A stretch of 32,000 bases of DNA from Candidatus Saccharimonadota bacterium. GTDB lineage: Bacteria > Pseudomonadota > Alphaproteobacteria > Rickettsiales > Anaplasmataceae. A program made the translations under genes and the position numbers. This document shows positions 19,157 through 26,654 of this stretch, one piece after another; position 1 is the first letter of the stretch, and every line of letters starts with the position of its first letter. The DNA lies in contig NZ_CP092368.1 of assembly GCF_025021925.1 (NCBI RefSeq), positions 450,001 through 482,000 on the forward strand, in the 5' to 3' direction. The notes beneath the pieces are model-generated. The model was not told the origin of the DNA, ran no database searches, and was given only the letters and a program-made list of their open reading frames with translations.

Positions 19157-22100
19157 ATGATCAATTCTATACAAAAACCTAACGAATTAAGAAAACATTT
19201 ACAAGGATACTATCGTATCGATGAAAAGAGTTATATAAGATATCTTGTAGAAAAAGCGGATATCTCATCTGATTCGAAAAATAGAATTTATAATATTGCA
19301 AAACAAGTGACCGAAAAAATTCAAGGTCATAAGTTAAAGATAGTAGATTCTTTTATGCATCAGTACTCTCTCTCTAATGACGAGGGTATTGCTCTAATGT
19401 GCCTTGCTGAATCATTGTTAAGAATACCAGATGATTATACAATAGATGAATTAATAAGAGACAAAATTGCTCATCAAGAATGGAGCAAATATTTAGGACA
19501 TTCATCTTCAATGTTTGTGAATGCTTCTACATGGAGTTTAGTGATAGGAAGTAGTATCTTGAGACGTAATACAGGAGGAGATACAAAATTTTATTACTTA
19601 ATTTCTAGATTACTCAAAAATTTAGGAGAGCCAATTATTCGAAAAGCAGTGAAACAGGCGGTTTTTATGCTTAGTAAGCATTTTATTCTTGGAGAAACCA
19701 TAGAAGAAGCATTAGAAAATATTCACTCAGATCAGCACAATAAATTTTTATCTTCTTTTGGTATGATAGGCGAAACTGTACATACTGCTGAAGATGCTAG
19801 GGAATATTTTAATTTATATATGCATGCAATAGAAGTTATAGGTAAATCAACCAATACCAACGATTGTTTTAAATCACATGGTCTTTCCATTAAACTTTCT
19901 CTCCTGCATCCTAATTATCAATTTAACAAATTTGATTGTATCTCTAATGAGATGTTAGGGAATATGTTAGAGATTTGTCATGAAGCAAAAAAATATAATA
20001 TTTCATTATGTATAGATGCAGAAGAATCAGAAAAACTTGAGATGTCATTAATATTATTTGAGCAATTACGTCTGAATACATCTCTATCAAAATGGGAAGG
20101 ACTTGGATTTACAGTACAAGCATATCAAAAAAGAGCTTTATCAATGATTAATTTTATTGAAGATATAGCTATTCGTATACAGCATAAGATTATGGTGAGA
20201 TTAGTCAAAGGAGCATATTGGGATTCAGAAATTAAGCATACACAAGCATTAGGATTATATGGTTATCCAGTATTTACTAGAAAAAGCTATACAGATGTCT
20301 CTTATCTTGCCTGCGCACAAAAACTTTTAAGTAAAACACAGCATTTTTACCCATGTTTTGGTACTCACAATGCTTATACTTTTGCTACCATCATTGAGCT
20401 TGCTGATAAACATCATCCTGGTTTTGAATTTCAGCGCTTATATGGTATGGCAAAGGGGTTATATGATTATGCAATGTCGGAACTTGCAACGAATATAAAT
20501 TATCGTATATATTCACCAGTAGGAAAACACAGTGATCTATTATCTTATCTTATTAGACGTATTCTATCTAATGGAATTAATAATTCATTTGTACATCCAG
20601 TGAATGACTCACATATTAGCATTGATGAGCTAATAGATCCACTAGAAAAATCTAGAAGTTTTGAATTCGAACCTCATACTAGTATTCCGTTGCCACAGAA
20701 GATTTATGGAGATAACAGAAAAAATTCTCTAGGTATGGATATTCATGATTCAGTCACAGTATCACATTTTACAAATGAAATACAAATACTCAATAATCAA
20801 AAATGGCAAATAGGACCTATCATAAATGGGCAGTTATTCTTTGATAATACTTACTATACTGAAATAATAAATCCTGCAGATTTGGATCATGTACTTGGAG
20901 AGATATCATATACTACACAAGAGCAAGCTATTCAAACTCTTGAAATAGCATATAATGCCTTCACACAATGGAATCATATTTCACCAGAAGATCGCGCACA
21001 GTATCTTGAGGAAGCTGCAGATTTATTGGAAGAAAGGAAAAATATACTAATTTATATATTAATAGTAGAAGTGGGAAAAGTACTGTCTGACGCAATCTCA
21101 GAAGTAAGAGCGGCAGTTGATTTTTTGCGTCAGTATGCTATGATAGCAAAGAATCAACTAAAAGATTGGAAGAAACTACCTAGTATTACTGGTGAAGAAC
21201 ATTTTACCTGTTTCGAAGGTAGAGGAGTCTTTTTATGTATATCGCCTTGGAATTGCCCTCTTGCTATATTTGTTAGTCAGATTTCTGCTGCACTTGCAGC
21301 AGGAAATACAGTACTTGCAAAGCCTGCAAAACAAACATCTTTGATCGCATTTGAGATTATTAAGATTCTACACGAATCTGGTATACCAAACAATGTACTT
21401 CACTTTATTCCTGGAGATGGCTCTGTACTAGGTACAGTATTGTTAATAGATCAGAGAATTGCAGGGGTAGCTTTTACTGGATCATTATGTACTGCACAAA
21501 TCATTAATCGCATACTTGCTAGTAGAGAGGGTGCTATCATCCCTCTTATCGCATCAACAAGAGGGATGAATGCCATGATAGTAGATAGTTCTGCTCTGTT
21601 AGAACAAGTGACGGAAGATGTGATAATATCATCATTTTGTAGTGCTGGTCAGAGATATGCAGCATTGAAAGTGCTATTTATTCAGGAAGATATTGCAGAC
21701 AAGCAAATTAAAATGATTTGTGGAGCTATTCAAGAACTCAAGATTGGCAATCCAATAGAATTCAGCACCGACATTGGTCCAATGATTGATAGAGAATCTC
21801 TTGAGCAGTTAATACAATATACTAATAGCATGTCAAAAGACACTAATGCGTATTTAATATCAGAGGCACATATGAAGTGCCATATTCCTAATAATGGCTA
21901 TTTTTTTTCTCCATATATTTATGTAATACAAAATCTTTCACAAATTAAACAAGAAATCGTTGGACCTATATTGCATATTATACGTTTTCATAAGTCTCAA
22001 TTATATGAAATAATCAGTGATATTAATAACATTAGATATGGTCTTACCTTCTCTTTGCAAAGTCGTATACAAAATCAAATAGATATAATAAGTAAAAACG

Positions 22101-22300
22101 TCTCAGTAGGAAATGTATATATTAATTGTAATCAGATAGGAGTGGGAATGAGCATGCATCCATTTGGCGGGAGAGGATTATCTGGTACTGGACCACATGT
22201 TGGAGGCTCTCATTATATACATCGTTTTTCTTCAGAAAAAGTGGTCAGTTTGAATACTACAGTATTTGGTAGTAATACAACACTCACGTCCTTGAATTAG
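19157..22300 (+). CDS. putA: Bifunctional-architecture PutA (proline dehydrogenase plus P5C-dehydrogenase-like domain); the ALDH catalytic Glu and Cys are substituted
   Basis: 1047 aa with no N-terminal RHH DNA-binding domain. PRODH motifs: SIKLS, IDAEE, QAYQKR, VRLVKGAYWDSEIK, FGTHNAY, YSPVG...YLIRR. ALDH motifs: SPWNCPLAIF, KPAKQT, FTGS, GMNAMIVDSSAL, SAGQRYAAL, EIVGPILHI, PFGGRGLSGTGP. Confidence 0.92.
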   Translation: MINSIQKPNELRKHLQGYYRIDEKSYIRYLVEKADISSDSKNRIYNIAKQVTEKIQGHKLKIVDSFMHQYSLSNDEGIALMCLAESLLRIPDDYTIDELIRDKIAHQEWSKYLGHSSSMFVNASTWSLVIGSSILRRNTGGDTKFYYLISRLLKNLGEPIIRKAVKQAVFMLSKHFILGETIEEALENIHSDQHNKFLSSFGMIGETVHTAEDAREYFNLYMHAIEVIGKSTNTNDCFKSHGLSIKLSLLHPNYQFNKFDCISNEMLGNMLEICHEAKKYNISLCIDAEESEKLEMSLILFEQLRLNTSLSKWEGLGFTVQAYQKRALSMINFIEDIAIRIQHKIMVRLVKGAYWDSEIKHTQALGLYGYPVFTRKSYTDVSYLACAQKLLSKTQHFYPCFGTHNAYTFATIIELADKHHPGFEFQRLYGMAKGLYDYAMSELATNINYRIYSPVGKHSDLLSYLIRRILSNGINNSFVHPVNDSHISIDELIDPLEKSRSFEFEPHTSIPLPQKIYGDNRKNSLGMDIHDSVTVSHFTNEIQILNNQKWQIGPIINGQLFFDNTYYTEIINPADLDHVLGEISYTTQEQAIQTLEIAYNAFTQWNHISPEDRAQYLEEAADLLEERKNILIYILIVEVGKVLSDAISEVRAAVDFLRQYAMIAKNQLKDWKKLPSITGEEHFTCFEGRGVFLCISPWNCPLAIFVSQISAALAAGNTVLAKPAKQTSLIAFEIIKILHESGIPNNVLHFIPGDGSVLGTVLLIDQRIAGVAFTGSLCTAQIINRILASREGAIIPLIASTRGMNAMIVDSSALLEQVTEDVIISSFCSAGQRYAALKVLFIQEDIADKQIKMICGAIQELKIGNPIEFSTDIGPMIDRESLEQLIQYTNSMSKDTNAYLISEAHMKCHIPNNGYFFSPYIYVIQNLSQIKQEIVGPILHIIRFHKSQLYEIISDINNIRYGLTFSLQSRIQNQIDIISKNVSVGNVYINCNQIGVGMSMHPFGGRGLSGTGPHVGGSHYIHRFSSEKVVSLNTTVFGSNTTLTSLN

Positions 22301-22320
22301 AGAGAAAAGAGAGAGATTAG

Positions 22321-22334
22321 TTGGGGGGGCCCAA
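22321..22334. terminator. Short G/C hairpin (TTGGG-GGGG-CCCAA) between convergent putA and acpS; weak bidirectional terminator candidate
   Basis: This is the only G/C-only run I noticed in an intergenic region of the window (G7 then C3). It sits in the 41-nt gap between two convergent stop codons. The stem is only 5 bp. Confidence 0.2.
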
Positions 22335-22341
22335 ATCTTAC

Positions 22342-22731
22342 TTAAAGTGTCGCGGGATTCTCATGACTTGCTATAACAAATGCAGTGGCATACTCTCCGT
22401 CATCACTAAGAGAAAGATGTATTATATAATTCCTAGAAAGCAAATCTTGCTTAATAGAAATATATGGTCGTCCTGTGAGATCGTTATATACTTCTATATA
22501 TTTCATTCTCATATTTTTGCTGCAAGCATTACCTAATGCTTTTACACACGCTTCTTTTGCTGCAAAACGCTTAGCAAAATGCTTTGCTAACATTGTATTA
22601 TTATGATATTTTGTACTTGCTTTGATTTCTTGTGCAGTACATATCTTTGTAAGAAATTTTTCTCCATATATATGCAAGATTCTCACTATTCTTGGTATAT
22701 ATACTATATCTATTCCAATACTATATATCAT
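22342..22731 (-). CDS. acpS: Holo-[acyl-carrier-protein] synthase (4'-phosphopantetheinyl transferase)
   Basis: 129 aa with motifs IGIDIVYIPRI and RFAAKEACVKALG. Its ATG overlaps the proS stop (ATGA, 22728-22731). Confidence 0.88.
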   Translation of the reverse strand: MIYSIGIDIVYIPRIVRILHIYGEKFLTKICTAQEIKASTKYHNNTMLAKHFAKRFAAKEACVKALGNACSKNMRMKYIEVYNDLTGRPYISIKQDLLSRNYIIHLSLSDDGEYATAFVIASHENPATL

Positions 22732-24011
22732 AGTGAGTTAAAAAAATGTATTGTTTTATCAACATGCATCTGTTGTATTTCTCCAGTGATTCTATTTTTT
22801 ACTTCAACTATATTATTCTCTGATAATGTTTTTCCAATAATTATTTGCCAAGGTAACCCTATAAGATCCATTTTAGCAAATTTGATACCAATACTCTCAT
22901 TTGTATCATCATAAAGTATATTGCTAGTGTTACACGCTTTATATATCATATTTGCAATATCTACACATTTTGCTATGTCTGTGTATAAGTTAATTAAACC
23001 TATTTTAAAAGGAGAGATTTCGTCTGGCCATATCATACCTTTTTTTGCACTGTAACAAGTGGCTATAATCGCACCTATGAGTCTTGAAATGCCAATTCCA
23101 TAACATCCCATATGAATGTTCGTCTTTATACCATTGCGTAATGTACATTGAGCATTCATCGAACTTGAATATTTATCTCCTAAATAAAAGATATGTCCTA
23201 TCTCAATACTATGCTTTATACTTAATTGCTCGTGAGGTATAGAGCAAGTATTTGCATCATATATATCCTTTGAAACTGCATAAATATGCTGTATATTAAG
23301 CATTTCTTCACTATGCAATAATTCAAAAAATTTACTTTCATAGTATATAGTACTTTCACCATCTTTTGTGAGAATATGAAATTCATGACTTAGATTTCCT
23401 CCTATTGCTCCATTGTGTGCTCTTACTCCAATCGGAGTTAATCCCATACGTTTAAAGATATTAATATATGTCTTATACATTACACAATATGCATTTATGG
23501 CACTGTGATAATCCGAATCAAAACTATATGCATCTTTCATGAGGAATTCTCTACTTCTTATAATACCACATCTAGGTCTGAGCTCATCGCGAAATTTCCA
23601 CTGAATTTGATATAAACAAATAGGCATATTCTTATAACTTGTCATTGTTCCTTTTATCATATCAGTCACTATCTCTTCATGAGTAGGACCAAATAACATA
23701 TTGTTTTGGTGTCTATCCTTGAGACGCAACATTTCTTTACCATACTCATGATAACGTCCTGATTTCTGCCACAAGCTAGCGGGTTGTATACAAGGCATAA
23801 GTATTTCAATTGCACCAGATTTATTCATTTCATCTCTAATAATCTTCTCAATATTTTTAAGAATAATAAGACCAAGTGGTAACCAAGCATAAATTCCAGA
23901 TGCTATCTGCTTAATTAAGCCTGCACGAAGAGAATAATGATGAATAAGGATTTGAGAGTTTTTTTCTTCAGTTTCTTTTAAAGTTGGTAAGTAATATTGT
24001 GATAAACGCAT
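22728..24011 (-). CDS. proS: Prolyl-tRNA synthetase (short form, ~430 aa, without the INS editing domain)
   Basis: 427 aa. The N-terminus MRLSQYYLPTLKE...SGIYAWLPLG fits ProRS. Class II motifs include FRDELRPRCGIIRSREFLMKDAYSF and GCYGIGISRL. Confidence 0.93.
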   Translation of the reverse strand: MRLSQYYLPTLKETEEKNSQILIHHYSLRAGLIKQIASGIYAWLPLGLIILKNIEKIIRDEMNKSGAIEILMPCIQPASLWQKSGRYHEYGKEMLRLKDRHQNNMLFGPTHEEIVTDMIKGTMTSYKNMPICLYQIQWKFRDELRPRCGIIRSREFLMKDAYSFDSDYHSAINAYCVMYKTYINIFKRMGLTPIGVRAHNGAIGGNLSHEFHILTKDGESTIYYESKFFELLHSEEMLNIQHIYAVSKDIYDANTCSIPHEQLSIKHSIEIGHIFYLGDKYSSSMNAQCTLRNGIKTNIHMGCYGIGISRLIGAIIATCYSAKKGMIWPDEISPFKIGLINLYTDIAKCVDIANMIYKACNTSNILYDDTNESIGIKFAKMDLIGLPWQIIIGKTLSENNIVEVKNRITGEIQQMHVDKTIHFFNSL

Positions 24012-24037
24012 GATAAGTTAAGAATTCTACTATATTC

Positions 24038-24066
24038 ATCCTAATACAAACAGATTTTTTTGGCAA
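24038..24066 (-). promoter_or_regulatory. Candidate promoter for proS-acpS (TTGCCA-N17-TAGGAT on the minus strand)
   Basis: The minus strand reads TTGCCA (24066..24061), a 17-nt spacer, then TAGGAT (24043..24038), 26 nt upstream of the proS ATG. It lies immediately downstream of the terminator-like hairpin that follows nuoF. Confidence 0.3.
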
Positions 24067-24118
24067 TCTTATTGAAATAAGATGACTTGAAGTATCAAAA
24101 GACAAAATAAAAATTATC

Positions 24119-24154
24119 AAAAAAAAATATTGTGACTTAGTATTGCTAATCACA
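24119..24154 (-). terminator. Intrinsic-terminator-like hairpin downstream of nuoF
   Basis: The minus strand reads TGTGATTAG-CAATA-CTAAGTCACA (9 bp with a 1-nt bulge), then ATA and a T9 run. It starts about 73 nt after the nuoF stop. Confidence 0.5.
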
Positions 24155-24227
24155 TGAGAGAAGTACCCAGCATCAATGATATAGCTAGATATAGGGAAAT
24201 CATATTAATAGATATGTACAGAATATT

Positions 24228-25478
24228 CTATTTTCTCAATATATGACTAAAATGTTTAATGAGGCCTTGAATAGGCCAAACCGCAGCATCTCCAAATGCG
24301 CAAATCGTATTGCCTTCTATCTGAGTCGTAATATTGAGTAATTTGTCTATTTCATCATGTTGTACCTTTCCTGAAACCATTTTTTTTATTATTCTCCACA
24401 TCCATCCAGTACCTTCGCGACAAGGTGCGCATTGTCCACATGACTCATGCATAAAAAAATATGATAATCTCTCAATTGCAGCAACTATGTTAGTGGATGT
24501 ATCCATAACTATAATAGCAGCAGTACCAAGGCCAGTACCTACATGTTTTAATGCATCAAAATCCATTGTAATAGAATCACATATTGATTTTGGAATTAAT
24601 GGCACTGAGCCGCCACCAGGTATTACAGCTAGTAAATTATTCCACCCTCCTTTAATACCACCTGCATATTTGTCTAATAATTCTCGTAACGGAATTCCTA
24701 ACTCTTCTTCTACATTACAAGGATGATTCACATGGCCTGAAATACTAAAAATTTTAGTACCAGTATTATTTGGTTTACCAAGAGACGAAAACCACGCACT
24801 ACCACGTATTAGAATATCTGGTATCATAGCTATAGTTTCTACATTATTCACTATTGTAGGACAACCAAATAATCCTACATGTGCAGGAAAAGGAGGTTTC
24901 ATACGAGGAAAACATTTTTTTCCTTCTATAGATTCAAGTTGAGCTGTCTCTTCTCCACATATATAAGATCCTGCACCTCTATGAATAAATATATCAAGAT
25001 TATAACCCGAATTACAAGCGTTGATACCAATCAAACATTCTTTATAAGCTTCTGCAATTGCTTTTTTTAGAATTAAGAATTCATGATAGAACTCTCCTCT
25101 GATATAAATATAAGAAGTAGATGCATTAATTGCACGTCCAGCTAATAGAATCCCTTCAATTAATTTATGCGTTTCATACCTAATGATATATCTATCTTTA
25201 CAGGTACCAGGTTCTGATTCATCTGCATTAATTACTAAATATATTGGCTGATTTTTTGAAGTGTTTTTAGGTATAAAATTCCACTTCAGACCAGTATAGA
25301 ATCCAGCGCCTCCCCTTCCTCTTAATCCAGATTTTATCACTTCATGAATAATTTTCTCTGAGCCTAGTGCTAATAGTTTTTGTGTATGTTGCCAAGTACC
25401 ACGCTTCCTTGCTCCCTTAAGACAAGCAGTATATTTGCCATCTAAATTAGTAAAGATTTTATCTTGTGAGCTGAGCAT
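24228..25478 (-). CDS. nuoF: NADH-quinone oxidoreductase subunit F (complex I, FMN/NADH-binding)
   Basis: 416 aa with motifs [60 protein letters not shown] (the 4Fe-4S N3 cluster) and [19 protein letters not shown]. Confidence 0.95.
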   Translation of the reverse strand: MLSSQDKIFTNLDGKYTACLKGARKRGTWQHTQKLLALGSEKIIHEVIKSGLRGRGGAGFYTGLKWNFIPKNTSKNQPIYLVINADESEPGTCKDRYIIRYETHKLIEGILLAGRAINASTSYIYIRGEFYHEFLILKKAIAEAYKECLIGINACNSGYNLDIFIHRGAGSYICGEETAQLESIEGKKCFPRMKPPFPAHVGLFGCPTIVNNVETIAMIPDILIRGSAWFSSLGKPNNTGTKIFSISGHVNHPCNVEEELGIPLRELLDKYAGGIKGGWNNLLAVIPGGGSVPLIPKSICDSITMDFDALKHVGTGLGTAAIIVMDTSTNIVAAIERLSYFFMHESCGQCAPCREGTGWMWRIIKKMVSGKVQHDEIDKLLNITTQIEGNTICAFGDAAVWPIQGLIKHFSHILRK

Positions 25479-25648
25479 ATAATATCATATCATATCTTCA
25501 AGTATAATATCAACAATCATTTTTATCAAGTTTAGTGTAAGAAAATCTCACAAAATCTTTAATCTTAATTCTCAAAATTTAAAAATTTAAAAAAATTTTT
25601 TTAATAGATATGAATAGATTAATCATGATAATTAATATTTATAAATTG

Positions 25649-25721
25649 TGATCCCGGCGCGATTCGAACGCGCGACCCACTGATTAAAAGTCAGTTGCTC
25701 TACCGTCTGAGCTACGGGATC
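25649..25721 (-). tRNA. tRNA-Lys (anticodon UUU), CCA not encoded
   Basis: The reverse complement is GATCCCGTAGCTCAGACGGTAGAGCAACTGACTTTTAATCAGTGGGTCGCGCGTTCGAATCGCGCCGGGATCA. It folds with acceptor GATCCCG/CGGGATC, anticodon stem ACTGA/TCAGT with loop CTTTTAA, and T arm GCGCG-TTCGAAT-CGCGC. Length 73 nt. Confidence 0.9.
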
Positions 25722-25965
25722 ATAAAAGCTGATCGTGTTACTATCGTTTATGCGTATAAATACAACTTTTATGCATTTTAATCAAATGAATATTTGCATA
25801 TTAACATAGAATGCATGTTCAGGGTATGAGCATATATCTCATTTGTGTATCTCAATCATATGTTAAGTATTGTGCTCTCTAAAACACTATTAAGTATCTT
25901 AGTACTAAATATTTCTTGCATTTTTACCATAGTACTTCACAATTAGAGTGAATATCCATTATCAT

Positions 25966-26041
25966 GGGGGTATAGTTCAGTTGGTAGAGCGTCTGTTTTG
26001 CACGCAGAAGGTCAGCGGTTCGACTCCGCTTACCTCCACCA
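25966..26041 (+). tRNA. tRNA-Ala (anticodon UGC), CCA encoded
   Basis: Acceptor GGGGGTA/TACCTCC includes the G3:U70 alanine identity pair. The anticodon loop is TTTGCAC and the T arm is AGCGG-TTCGACT-CCGCT, followed by discriminator A and CCA. Length 76 nt. Confidence 0.92.
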
Positions 26042-26541
26042 AATCTATATATAAATATATTTAGGTTAATACATTGTTAATCAGTTCAAATGCTTTTATA
26101 GTGATGATGATGTAATGATTCAGTATACTATTTTAGTATTGATTATCTACTACAATATTACATTTATAAATATGTAATACTATCAAATGATAATTTAGAT
26201 ACAAATCTAGATAAAGATAATAAAATATGCATGCATCGCTCTTTAAGGATTGATAGTATTAATTTTTTAATACTGCACTTTCTAGGTTTTAGAAAGCAGT
26301 TTTATAGAATAAATTTTCATTTGAATGATGCAGTATTATTAGTTTCTAAAATACATATCGTCATAGTATTATTTAAGATTGTAATAAACATAACGAATAT
26401 GATTGATAGATCAGTAATACTTCAAGAGTATTTGTATGATATACATCTTATAGTGCTCATCAATTTAACAAGTAATTAACTGATACAGACATATACTTTT
26501 TGTTTACAATAAGTATATTGATAGCTAAAATGAGAATAAAT

Positions 26542-26614
26542 GGGCGATTAGCTCAGATGGTAGAGCATCTCGTTTACACCGAGGAGGTCGGCAGTTCAAA
26601 TCTGTCATCGCCCA
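26542..26614 (+). tRNA. tRNA-Val (anticodon UAC), CCA not encoded
   Basis: Perfect acceptor GGGCGAT/ATCGCCC. The anticodon stem is TCTCG/CGAGG with loop TTTACAC, the T arm is GGCAG-TTCAAAT-CTGTC, and the discriminator is A. Length 73 nt. Confidence 0.9.
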
Positions 26615-26654
26615 TTTCTTAAATAGATATTATCTCTTAATCATAATTATAAAT

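Noticed and set aside
22321-22536. 71-aa TTG-initiated ORF starting in the G7C3 tract
   Set aside because: It runs antisense through acpS. The start is simply the hairpin sequence, and there is no supporting motif.
23968-24153. 61-aa ORF overlapping the proS start and the nuoF terminator region
   Set aside because: It overlaps the proS 5' end and spans the predicted terminator and promoter. Its composition is that of non-coding A/T-rich DNA.
25771-25816. Cluster of ATGCAT/TTGCAT hexamers between tRNA-Lys and tRNA-Ala, also seen upstream of clpB/dxr and at 26228
   Set aside because: The same palindromic hexamer occurs repeatedly inside coding regions of this window (for example near 4750, 19845, 22153, 29346, 30335 and 31105). 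It is therefore not specifically intergenic, and the apparent enrichment is not convincing without a genome-wide count.
26231-26479. 82-aa ORF in the tRNA-Ala/tRNA-Val spacer
   Set aside because: The translation is Ile/Leu/Asn/Phe-rich, as expected from random A/T-rich DNA. It has no ribosome-binding site, no motif and no charge or TM pattern suggesting a real small protein.
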